A stretch of DNA of 64,000 nucleotides from Basidiobolus meristosporus CBS 931.73 (lineage: Eukaryota; Fungi; Basidiobolomycota), in NCBI GenBank assembly GCA_002104905.1, contig MCFE01000381.1, forward strand, positions 1 to 64,000, read 5' to 3'. The notes beneath the pieces are model-generated. The model saw only the letters and a list, made by a program, of their open reading frames with translations. It searched no databases and was not told the origin of the DNA. The position numbers were made by a program, and so were the translations under genes. This document shows, piece after piece, positions 36,971 through 49,344 of this stretch (position 1 is the first letter of the stretch; the number at the start of each line of letters is the position of its first letter).

Positions 36971-39900
36971 GCAGGATAAATTATTTAATAACTTTTACTG
37001 ATGATTATACAAGATACACATGGGTCTACTGCATAGAGAGAATGGAAGAAGCTCTGTCTAAGTTCAGGGAGTTTAAAGCCATGGTGGAGAGAGAAACTGG
37101 TGAAAAAATCAAGAAAATACGCTCTGACAATGGTGGAGAATATACCTCAAAACTCTTCATCCACTTCTGCAAGATTCATGGGATAAAGCAAGAGACTACT
37201 GTACCATACTCCCCACAGCAAAATGAAGTAGCAGAACATGCTAACAGATCAATAATTGATATGGCAAGATCTATGATCCATGATCAAAAATTATCCTATG
37301 ATTTTTGAGCGGAATCAGTTGCCACAGCTGTATATCTTAAAAATAGAAGTTATAACAGAATACTTTGTGATTCTACTCCATTTAAAGCATGGCATGGACA
37401 CAGACTAAGTGTAGAACATCTAAGAATATTTGGGTGTACAGCATATGCCAAGAAACTGCCCGGAAATCAGTCAAAATTTGAGCCAAAAGGTGTAATATGC
37501 ATATTTTTGGGCTACTGCAATGAGAGCAAAGCATACAGACTCTACAATATCAAAGCAAAGAAGCTGATCAAGTCCAGGGATGTGTTGTTTTATGAAAAAT
37601 CAAAATTTTCACTAAAATGACATCAGATGATCACAAAAATTTGATATCAAGTCCACCAACGGCCAGGACTGAATCAGAGAAAAATAATGAAAGTTTTTTC
37701 ACTCCCAAGGGCTCTACAGCCATGGTTCAGCCAGAATCAGTGCCCAGGTATATCCCAGAAGTGATCATTCCAGTATCAAATGCCCAGAGATCCAGTTGGA
37801 CAAGAAAATAGCCCAAATTACTATATCAGTGAGAGTACAAACTTAGCCTATGCCTATTCAGTACATATTGATGAACCCCAGACAATAAAAGAGGCCCTAA
37901 ATAGCCCTCAGACAATGTTTTGGAGATCTGCAATGACTGAGGAATATCATTCCTGATGGAAAATCAAACTTGGGACTTAGTCAAATTACCAATCAACCAA
38001 AAATCAATTGGATGCAGATGGGTCTTCAAGACAAAATACAAGGTTGATGGTACAATTGAAAGATACAAAGCAAGACTTGTGGCCAAAGAATACTCTCAAA
38101 CAAAAGGACTTGACTATACTGAGACCTTTGCACCGGTAGCCAAGTGTAATTCCATCAGATTAATATTAGCTATTGCAGCCAAATATAAGATTTTTATTCA
38201 TCAAATGGATGTAAAAGCTGCATTTTTGAATGGAGAACTTAATTAGAACATGTATATGGACCAGCTTGATGGGTTTGTTGACCAAGATAACCCCCATTTG
38301 GTCTGCAAGCTTAAAAAGTCACTATATGGTCTCAAACAATCACCACAGGCCTGGAATCGCAAGATAGATTCTTATTTGGAATATTTGAGTTTCAAATGGA
38401 GTAATGCTGACTATAGTATATACTATAAGCCAGACAGAGCAAATCTAGTTTTATTAGCTCTATATGTGGATGATCTTATTATAGCCATCAGTAACCTAGA
38501 AACACTGGAAGAGACTAAATCCAGCCTATCTAAAGAGTTCAAGATGTCCAAGCTAGGAGAACTTAGGTACCGCTTAGGGATTAAGTTATCCATATACAGA
38601 AGTACCCAGACTATCACCCTAAGTCAGTCCAAGTATATTGAAGATATACTAAAGAAGTACCAAATGGAAGACTGTAAACTGGCTGCTACCCCAATGGAGA
38701 CAAACCTTAACTTGGTCAAAGCTCAACCAAATGAAGAGAGCTTGGTGCCATCTGAAAGCCCTGACTTTCCTTATCAATCAACAGTCAGCAGTCTCATATA
38801 TATCTTGCTAGGAACACATCCAGATATTTCATATTCAGTGCGAGTTGTCAGCCAACATAATCAGAACTATAGATCTGATCATATTACAGCAGTTAAGTGG
38901 ATTTTTAGATACCTAAAAGGAACTGCTGATATCTGCCTAGTATAGACTTATAAGGATTTGGAACAGGATCTTGTGGGATACTCTGATGCTGATTGGGGAC
39001 AAAATTTAGAAGACAGAAGAACCACCACAGGATACGCTTTTCTTTACTGTCAAGGAGCAATTTCATGGAATTCAAGAAAGCAACCAACCATAGCACTTTT
39101 ACCACAGAGGCAGAGTATATGGCAGGCTGTGAAGCTACAAAAGAAGCAATGTGGTTAAGAAAGCTTTTTACCAATTTAGGCCTATGTGAAAATATGCCTA
39201 TTACTTTATTTCAAGATAAATAAGGATGAATTCAATTAGGTAGAAATCCAACTTTTCATCCCAGAACCAAGCACATAGTTATTAGACATCATTTCATACA
39301 TGAAGCAATAGAAAATAACTTGGTTAGCTTAGTTTGCTGTCCTACAGATGAAATGATTGCAGACATATTCACCAAATCATTAGCTAGAGACAAGTTTGAA
39401 TATCTTAGGTCAAATTAGGACTAGTCAGTATGAACATTTAGCGGAGTGGGAGTGTTGTAAAATTCTTATTTCCACCTAAATACTCTCCTAACTTAGCCAC
39501 TTGGATCATTACCTTCAAATCCTAGAGAATACTGACCAATTCCTGGTTGGGTTTTACTTAGAATATTTCCACCAAAATATCATGTATCCAGAACATGAAA
39601 ATTCTCAAAGTTGTCCAAACAGCCCCAAACTTTGCACACATGTTCTTGGGACCTTCCTTAGCCTATTCTAGGTGTTTGCTATGCCAGGACCATGTAAAAG
39701 TATAAATACTACTTTTACATTCAATATATCATTAAGTGAAAACCACATAATCTACTTGTCCTCCCAATCACTTCCAATATCTCCAAGACTCTTACAATAA
39801 GAAACAATGAGCAAAGCAATACACTGACCTTTAAAGAAGTACTATATGTACCAGAAATAGTCAAGAACCTACTATCTGTTAACAAGGCCACTGCAGAAGG

Positions 39901-40977
39901 ACTCAGTTTCAACTTTTACAATTCTGGATGCTAGATCACTGATCTAAATGGTGCCCATATTGCATTGGGTACATCAATTTTGATTATTTGCGCAAAATGA
40001 TCAAAGATCAGCTAATTTCTGGAGTGGAAATTGATCCCCCAGCTAATTTGGAGTACTGTGAAGCCTGCATATATGGGAAACAAGCCAGACAACTGTTCAA
40101 GAGCTCTGGGTTAACCAAAACTAATAAAAAATTAGATCTAATTCACTCAGATCTGTGTGGACCTATGCAAAATTTATCCTTAGGTGGGATGAAATATTTA
40201 ATCACTTTTACTGATGATTATACAAGATACATGTGGGTTTACTTCATGGAGAGAAAGGAAGAGGCTCTGTCTAAGTTCAGGGAGTTTAAAGCCATGGTGG
40301 AGAGAGAAACTGGAAGAAAAATCAAGAAAATACACTCTGACAATAGTGGAGAATGTACCTCAAACTCTTCATCCACTTCTGCAAAATTCATGGGATAAAG
40401 CAACTGACTACTGTACCATACTCCCCACAGCAAAATGTAGTAGCAGACCATGCTAACAGATCACTAATTGACATGGCAAAATCTTTGATCCATGATCAAA
40501 AATTATCCTATGATTTTTGGGCGGAATCAGTTACTGCTGCTGTATCACTTAAAAACAAGGATTATAACCAAATACTTTGTGATTCTGCTCCATTTGAAGC
40601 ATGGTATGGACACAGACTAAGTGCACAACATCTAAGAATATTGAGTGTACAGCATATGCCAAGATACTGCCTGGAAATCAGTCAAAATTTGAGCCAAAAA
40701 GTGTAATATGCATATTGTTGGGCCACAGCAATGCAAGTAAGGCATACAGACTTGACAATACCAAATAAAAGAAGCTGAGCAAGTCCAGGGATGTGTTGTT
40801 TGATGAAAATACAAAATTTTTCACTAAAATGACATCAGATGATGACAAAATTTAACCTCAAGTCCACCAATTGTCAGGATTGAATCAGAGCAAAATAATG
40901 AAAATTTTTTCACTCCCAAGGACTCTACAACCATGGTTCAGCCAGAGTCAGTGCCCAGGAATATCCCAGAAGTGATT

Positions 40978-42848
40978 TGTGCTAATGGAAAGTATTCCAT
41001 TACTACAATATCTCTAAACCAATATTGCACTTATTTCTTTATTTTGCTTTTTGCTATCGTAACACACAAGAGAAAGATCAAGAATTTCCAACTTTGAAGA
41101 GCAAATGCTCCAGACCCTGACAAGCAATCCACCCAAGAATATTATGTCATACAGAACACGTAGTAGCCAACACATGTTTCAAATTACAGCTCATTTGAAG
41201 CAGTACTTAAGGAGTTATGACCAAAAGAGTCCAACTATTATATATACTATGCCTTATTGCTAGGATTACTATGGTGACTTTGATTGCATGTAACTTTTGA
41301 ACCAGCCAATCATATCACGTGATATTTTCACAGGTGCTGCGCCTATGTCCGATCTGCGCCACTGCAAATTTTTAGCTTCGTGTCACGTGTATTGCTTGCG
41401 CAATTGCCCAAAAACTTTGATCCTTCAAAATTTTCATATATATGACTTCCCCAGCTGAAAAATAAAGAGAGAGCCTCTCTTTCCAGAATCTCCACACTAC
41501 AATTACAAGTTTAAAGGTTATAAGACTTCCCCTGCATCACTTGCACTGTTGAGTATTCTGACTTTGATCAGTACTACATCAGTAAAGAGACTGCAAAGCC
41601 CACAAGAATCCAATCTAAGTTCTACAAGCAACTACCACTTTTCTGTCGGAAAAGTCCCCTCTAAGAAGCCCCTTTACTCTAAAGACACCCCTTTAGACAC
41701 CCCTTTAGGTCTAAAGACCCCTTTAGACACCCCTTTAGGTCTAAAGACCCCTTTAGAGACCCCTTTAAGAAACCCCTTTACTCTAAAGAAGCCCCTTTAG
41801 GCACCCCTTTAGTGTAAAGTCCACTTTAGAGACCACTACAAGAAGCCCCTTTACTCTAAAGACACCCCTTTAGACACCCCTTTAGGTCTAAAGACCCCTT
41901 TAGAGACTTCTACAACACACCCCTTTAGGTTAAAGGGGAGTTCAGGATTTCCATATTAGGAAATATTTTCTCAGAAAGGAAAGTGACTTCCAAATAAGGA
42001 AAAGTTACTATAAAAGTAAATAAGCCCATTAGTCAACAGAAGGTCAGAACACTGCTGTAGAAGTGATAAACACTGCCTACAGTATATTTTGAGCCCAAGA
42101 TTGAGGAAATTAGTTAAAGTTATATCTTCTATTGGTATATCAAACTCCCAATAAACTATTTCAGTATTAGCATACTGGAAGTTGTTGTATATTGTTGATT
42201 AGCCTCTACATTGTAGAACAAGCCCCAAACTAATCATAATACAACACAACAAGAATTTGGTGGAGGACCTGGGTAGTTTGAACCTTTCACTATACAACCA
42301 TCAAGAAGCGTTACAAGAATGACCAATACACCACTCCCAGAGTTAATAGCCACTTTTAAAGGTGCCATTCCAGTAAAATTCTCAGGAGAGAATGTACTGA
42401 GTTCTAGAAGAGTTAACGATATAGCTGCAGCATTTGAGCTATCACACAAGAACAAAATCCAGTTGTTCCCCTTTCTCTGTGAAGTTGAAGTATCAAGATT
42501 CTTACGAAGTTTGGACCCATTTAAGATATCTGTTGGCGCTAACTATAACTGGGACACTGCTCAACAAGCTATTTTAGCTGAGTACCAAAAGGAAGCACAG
42601 TTTGTTACACTAAATGAGCTAGAGATGCCTTACGACAAGATCCAACCCTTGCAGAAGTACATTCAAAAGTTTGAGTCAAAAGCAAGGCATGTTGAAGCAG
42701 CTATTGGAGTTCCAAGATATTATCAAAGAAACTATTTTCTGATGAATATGCCTCCTGAAATACGTAATGCCATTAGCCACCAAGTTCAGGCTACAAGCTC
42801 CTACAACAATGTTAAACAAATGGTGTTAAACTATCAATCAGGGAGACA
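40978..42848 (+). mobile_element. 5' end of a Gypsy-type element, family C: LTR (40978-42251), PBS, truncated gag-like ORF (from 42319)
   Basis: LTR TGTG..CACAACA; PBS TGGTGGAG, complementary to a tRNA-Ala-type 3' end; open gag-like frame (YIQKFE..A, YFLMNMPPEIRNAI) cut by the junction with LTR-B. Confidence 0.8.
41655..41940 (+). repeat. Array of about 15 CCCCTTTA(G/C/A) units with CTAAAG-N4-6-CTTTAG mini-palindromes inside LTR-C
   Basis: Units such as CTAAAGACCCCTTTAG and ACACCCCTTTAG; ends in the hairpin CCCCTTTAGGTTAAAGGGG. Array length differs among the three LTR-C copies. Confidence 0.92.
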
Positions 42849-45800
42849 TTATATTTGATTCTTTCCAAGTTTGTTCTTGTACAGGCAAAGATACTTTTCT
42901 GTCTTTGTAACTATTGACCAAAGCTGCATTCTTATCAAGTCCCTGCTGGTGGAGTTTACAGTTGTTTTGACTTTGGAAGCTTTACTACATTGTCATCTCA
43001 AAGGATGCTGAACCCAGCACATACTTTTGTTAAGACACCAACTAAGTTGGGGATTGTAGCTCAATAGTTTTCCCTTGACAAGCTTGTGGCTTTATTCCCC
43101 TTCACATTAGATTAAAGACAGAACCCAAGTATTCCTAGCAAGCTTTTGCCAGAGGTTATCACACCCAGTGAACACCCCACACACAAAACACTTGAGAAGT
43201 GTTGGACGTATCTCTCCCTTGGACTTATACACCACCACATATTTGGCACCCAGCGTGGGGGGTTCATACAAGCTCCCTAGGACCCAACAAGATTTACCTG
43301 AAGATTTGAGCTGTTATCCACCTATTGAAAAGAGACTACAGATATTACCAAGATTACAACACCAACATACATGCCCAAAAATGAACTCTATGCCATTACC
43401 ACTCTCACATGGAGCCCCACAGTTTGATGGAAAGAATGTGGAGAGCTTCATATTCAAATGGGAGAAGCTCTGCAAGATGTGCAGCCTATCTGAACAAGAA
43501 ATGGCTGAAGACTTCCCCTACTACTGCACCAATGATATTACCACTAAGCTTCTCAGACAAGGAGACATTCTCACTGACTGGGCCTTAATGAAGACCTACC
43601 TACAGACTGAGTATGGTAGACCCCAGATATACTATGGAATTGAAGACCTCAGGCACTTTGGAAGAACTGGACTTTCCAAGCTACCACTTGAAGAGCTCAT
43701 TCAACAGTATGAAGATATGGCCAAGCCACTCCTAGAGTCCCAGGCTATAACTGAGTTAACCATGACACTTTACCTTGCACAAGGGCTTCCCCAGGACTTG
43801 GCAAGGAAAGTTGACTTACATGCAGCCAAAGATGACAAGTCTGGCATTCCTTGCTTTGCAGAGATGAAATGTGTTCTCCTAGAGGCAAAGCAAACTTCTA
43901 CCTTTATGAGACTCCTGACATCTAATATGCCAGACCAGTCAACCAAGGAGCCAAGGAGTGCTGCTGCTGACAATCAGACCTACACTACCAACAGAATTGA
44001 CCAACTTGCTGAACAGCTACAAAAGCTAGCCCTCAAGATTAATGGCTCAGCTGAGGTTGCTACTGAGGGACAAAGACCTTTGCCCAGGCACTGCATCTAG
44101 TGTGACTCTACTCAGCATGCCAGACGAGAATGCTCAGAGCTTAGCCAGCTACTCAGAGAAGGAGCAGTACAGTTTGATGCTGATGGAATGCTTGCTGACA
44201 AGGAAGGAAGAAGGATTCCCACTAATTTCCAAAGAGGAGGGATGAGAGCCCTTTTCCAGAAATCTGACTCAGCAACCAGAAAGATTACTGTTGATGCCCC
44301 TATTGGGACTCATAAAGTGAATCCAAGCAGCCCTGACAACAGACAATATGAATTTGATGCCTTTGCTACCAAAAGACACCTCCCTGAAGAACCTGCCAAA
44401 CCCATCCTTAGAAGACCACAATTTGAAGAACCTGAAGTTGTTATTGACAAGAGGCCTAGTATGCTGCCCAACCAAGATCCATTGCCTCACTTTCAGATGA
44501 CCTCAAAGATAGCAAGCTACTCAAGCCCTCAACTGATTACTGAGAAGCTGCTGAAGCAGAACCTCACTTTGTTGGTTGGAGAAATCATGAGTGTATCCCC
44601 ATCTGTTAGGAAGACCTTTGATGAGCAGCTTAGAACAAGACAACAAGCTGTTGAACATATGGACACTCATATAATTCAGACAAGCCATGAAGACCACCAA
44701 AAGGATGACAACACTACTGAATATAAAACCTTTTACTCAGTTGCAACTGCTGTGGTGAAAGGGTATATATATGATGACCCTGTTGACTGCCATATTGACA
44801 GTGGCTCAGAGATTTGTGTTATGCCGCTAGACTTCTGGAAGACACTTAGAAGCAAGGAGCTACTGCCTGTTGATAGAGATATTGGATGGAACATGACTGA
44901 TGCAAACTCAGGATCTAGTCCACTCTACGGTGTAGTGCACAAGTTCCCTATAAAGGTACAAGGAATCAAGGTCTGGCTTCCCCTCTTCATCTGCCAGAAG
45001 GCAAACTTTGACCTTCTGCTAGGTAGACCATGGGAAACCAGTACTAAGGCTACAACTACCAACTATTCCGATGGGTCAGTATGGTACACCATACAAGGAT
45101 CCAATCCAGGACTACAGTCAACCTTCTGTGGTGTAACACCCAACAATAAGAGGACACATACTGCTTGCCAGAAGGCACATCTTGTTATGGAAGAAGATGA
45201 AGAGCCTGACAATATACACCCCAACATTTGGAGCTGCTCATTAGGTATACAGGAGCAAACAGCTATGGCTCAAGCAAAATACATGACAGTAGAACAGAAG
45301 ATTAGACCATCACTTACCCCATTGACTGATGGATCTCAACCTGCTGATTACATTAGACCACCAGAAGAAACACCAGAAGATATACAACTTACACCTGAGA
45401 GACTTAAGCAACTTATCATTGATGATGGAACCTAACACCAGAGGAGATACTATTATCAAGGAGACCTTGAAAAGGCATGATAAGGTCTTCTCATATAATG
45501 ACAAGGAGATGGGACTCTTAAAGACATTGGTTGAAAAACCCATCAAGATTCATACAGTGCCCCACACACCCTGGTCATTTAAGCCTTACCCACTGCCCAG
45601 AGGACTCCAAGCTGATGTGCATGACCTACTTAAGAAGAAGATAGAAGCTGGTATCCTAGAACCTTGCCATGGACCCTATGCTAACAGATGGTTTGTGACC
45701 AAAAAGAAGAATGGAAAGCTCCAATTCATTCAAGACATGCAACCTGCAAATGCTGTCACTATCAGAGATGCTTCTATACCTCCATCTCTTGATGACTTTG

Positions 45801-48800
45801 CAGAAAGCTTTAGTGGCCACTCCATCTACTCAACATATGATCTCTACTCAGGATATGACCAGATCCCCCTTGATGAGACATCAAGAGATATGTTTGCACT
45901 ACAGACACCATTTGGACTGTTAAGGATGACAAGACTCAGTCAAGGGGCTACAAACTCTGTGGCTCAGTTCCAGAGATGCATGGTAAATGTGCTGTATCAG
46001 TTTATACCTGAGAAACTTGCTGTCTTCGTGGATGACATAGGCATCAAAGGATCAAAATTCCAGGACACCACTGAAGTTATGCCTGGAGTAAGAAAGTTTG
46101 TCTATGACCATATTGCAGACAATAATGCCATATTAGGAGCCATTGAAGAAGCTGGACTCACCATCAGTGGTGAGAAAAGCAGCTTTGGTGTATCAGAGAT
46201 ATCCATTGTTGGACAAAAATGCAACACCTTTGGTTGCTCACCTGGAGATTCCAAGACACAAAAGATATGCAACTGGCCTACCCCCACAAATCTAACACAA
46301 GCTTGTGGCTTTGTGGCAGCTTGTGGGTTCTTTAGGATCTGGATCCCAAGATTTTCTGAGATAGCAGAACCAATCTACCAACTACAGAGAAAGAATACCC
46401 CATTTATCTGGGGAGAAGAGCAAGAAGAAGCCATGCAATTACTGAAAGAGGCCTTAGTATCTCCACCAGTTCTAAGACCTCTTGACTATCAAAACACTGA
46501 ATGCCCACCTATTTTGACAGTGGATGCAAGCCCTATAGGAGCTGGAGCACTACTTGGACAAGATGATGAAGATGGCAACCGCTATGCCTGCAGATATGAG
46601 AGCTGCCTATTCTCTCCTAGAGTGCAAAGATACTCACAGATTAAGAGAGAACTACTAGGAGTTGTGAAGATGCTGAGGAAACTGAAGTCACAACTCTACA
46701 TGACACATTTTATCCTGGAGACAGATGCCAAGCCACTTATAGGAATGATCAACAAGCCTGACCTACCTGATGATGCCGCAAACCAATGGATGGCATGGCT
46801 GAAAATGTTTGACTTTGAGGTCAGACATATCCCTGGCAAAACAAATGTTGTGGCTGATGCACTCTCCAGGAAGGGACCGCAATTATTTGAAGACTTGGAC
46901 CCTCACTTTGATGATATTATTGATGCAGAGATCTGACAGATTGCCATCAAAGACCAAGAGAGAACTACCTGGAGTCTGATCAAGGAATATCTAAGGACAC
47001 TTAAGAAACCTAGTTGGATGGACATTCAGGAGTTTAGAAAACTAAGGAAGAAGGCACACCACTACTATCTTAAAGATGATCTTCTCTTTAAGCAAGTGAA
47101 GCCTGGACTTATGCCAAGAAGAGTAGTCACTACCCCTCAAGAGCAACTGAACATCATGACAAGTATCCACCAAGGAGAACCAGGAGGACATAGAGGACAA
47201 GAAGCCACATACAATACTACAGCTCAGAGGTACTACTGGGAAAACATGTACTATGATATCCAACACTTTGTTGAGTCATGTGTAGCCTGCCAGAAGAGAT
47301 CCTCCAAGCATTATGAAGAACCACTGCATCCTACTTACACAATCTGTCTATGGCAAAAGGTTGGTATTGACCTTGTCCACATGCCAATAGCTGGATCAAA
47401 AAAGTACCTGATTGTTGCTAGAGATGACCTTAGTGGATGGGCAGAGGCTTGAGCCTTGCCCAACAACAAGAGCCATACCATATGGAGATTTATACTTGAA
47501 GACATCATCTGCAGATTTGGCTGCATCCAACAGTTTGTTGCTGACAGAGGAGAGATGACATCCCAAATGATCCAGGAGTTGTGCTCAAAGTACAAGATAC
47601 ACATAGCTTTCACAACAGCTTACCACCCTCAAGCCAATGGAATGATAGAGAGAGGACATGGACCATTGGTGAACTCTCTTGTCAAGGCCTGTGAGAATAA
47701 CACAACACTGTGGCCACAGCAATTACATCTTGCACTCTGGGCAGATAGAATTACTACCAAGAGAACAACTGGATTATCACCATTCAGACTACTCTATGGA
47801 CATGACTGCATACTACCAGTTGAGTTAAACACAGTCACTTGGAACTCATTGAATTGGAGATCCAATATGCAGACTGAAGACCTCCTTGCAACTCGCATAC
47901 AGCAACTTGATCACCATGACTTGAATATTAGCAGAGCTGCTGAACAACTTAAGGATACACAATTAAAGAACAAGGTGCCCTTTGACAAATCACACCCAAC
48001 AAGACCAAAATCACTATCACTAGGAGACCCAGTATTACTCTACAATTCTACCTTGGACAAGCAATGGAGTCGGAAGTTTGACAACAAATGGACTGGCCCC
48101 TACCTCATTTCCAAAGTGATTGGAAATGGAAGTTATTACATATCTGAGCTTGACAACACCCAGTTGAGAGCACCAGTTGCTGGAAATTGACTTAAGTTAT
48201 TCAAGCATAGGAATTTCACACATCAAGATTAGTTTGCTTTGACCCAAGTTCAAAGCTGAGAGAGGGGTGGATGTAGTGGGGTGACAGTGACACCCACTGA
48301 CAGATGTGCTCATTCCCTTATTTTCTACTTCCCTATATCTCTACTACACTTATTTTAGTTTTATCCCATTTGTCTTACCCAATCAGTACTATCCCATAAG
48401 CCGGTTGACTATCACACCTGCTTACCTTATTGCGTAAGTCACCCCTCACTTTATGTAAGATTACTAGCTATAAGTACTTCTATATTAGGCAAGTACCCGC
48501 GCCAGTACCCGTGACACATGATCAGCCCGTGTCACCATCCCTACCATTTTCATACCATATATGGTATCCCCATGTTACACAGGTTTCAGAATACTGATTC
48601 CTGATTGGTCAGATGTGCTGTGCCTCTTAGAACCTTCCGGCACCTACTTAGAACATTCTTAGGTCATTCTGATGTCATTAAGATTTCTATTGATATCCGG
48701 AACCTTCTGGAACACCATGATTAGTAATCACTTAGCCAGTGAGAAAAGTATATAAGGGAGGCTATCCCTCAACAATCAATCATCATCCCTTTTATCAATA

Positions 48801-49342
48801 TGCCAACTTGTTGATTAGTGTGATCACTGCTACCTGCTGCTACCTGAACTTCCAACCCTAGACCACAGGACACTCCCAGGAAACCGCGCTGACAGCCAAC
48901 TGACCTTGGAGGCACTACTTGTGAGGAATACTCAGAGTAGGTATCTTTTATTATATTTGATTCTTTCCCAAGTTTGTTCTTGTACAGGCAAAGATACTTT
49001 TCTGTCTTTGTAACTATTGACCAAAGCTGCATTCTTGTCAAGTCCCTGCTGGTGGAGTTTACAGTTGTTGTGACTTTGGAAGCTTTAGTACATTGTCATC
49101 TCAAAGGACGCTGAACCCAGCACATACTTTTGTTAAGACGCCAACTAAGTTGGGGATTGTAGCTCAATAGTTTTCCCTTGACAAGCTTGTGTCTTTATTC
49201 CCCTTCACATTAGATTAGAGACAGAACCCAAGTATTCCTAGCAAGCTTTTGCCAGAGGTTATCACACCCAGTGAACACCCCACACACAAAACACTTGAGA
49301 AGTGTTGGACGTATCTCTCCCTTGGACTTATACACCACCACA
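42848..49342 (+). mobile_element. Ty3/Gypsy retrotransposon family B, near full length, 5' LTR lacking its first about 680 bp
   Basis: Partial 5' LTR 42848-43239; PBS TGGCACCCAGCGTGGGG (tRNA-Lys CUU type); PPT GAGAGAGGGGTGGA; complete 3' LTR 48272-49342. Confidence 0.96.
43381..48232 (+). pseudogene. Gypsy gag-pol: gag, CCHC knuckle, protease, RT, RNase H, integrase (no chromodomain)
   Basis: CI*CDSTQHARREC knuckle, IDSGSEI, YDLYSGYDQI/LSQGA/VFVDD, LTVDAS/ETDAKPL/NVVADALSR, H..GGHRG..CVACQ, VGIDLV, YHPQANG.IER. In-frame stops end at 44100, 46936, 47452 and 48190; frameshift near 45435. Confidence 0.95.
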
Positions 49343-49344
49343 GC

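Larger units (their letters stand above)
32147..39799 (+). mobile_element. Copia family A copy 3, nested in copy 2 and itself carrying three solo LTRs
   Basis: LTRs 32147-32494 and 39453-39799; TSD AGAAG/AGAAA; PBS TGTTATGAGCCCC; PPT GCGGAGTGGGAG; gag-pol fragments collinear with copy 1. Confidence 0.93.
30781..40977 (+). mobile_element. Copia family A copy 2 (outer, degenerate, 3' half missing)
   Basis: 5' LTR 30781-31127 and PBS GGTTATTAGCCC; gag-protease to 32146; resumes at 39800 with integrase; interrupted at 40977 by Gypsy LTR-C. RT, RNase H and 3' LTR are not found in the window. Confidence 0.9.

Noticed and set aside
41655-41940. LTR-C array read as telomeric repeats or a CRISPR array
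   Set aside because: G-strand unit is TAAAGGGG, not TTAGGG or TTTAGGG; there are no unique spacers or cas genes; and it is embedded in an LTR.
46020-46045. RT motif FVDD instead of YxDD as an inactivating mutation
   Set aside because: Both catalytic Asp residues are intact and Phe at this position is plausible clade variation; the nonsense codons explain inactivity.
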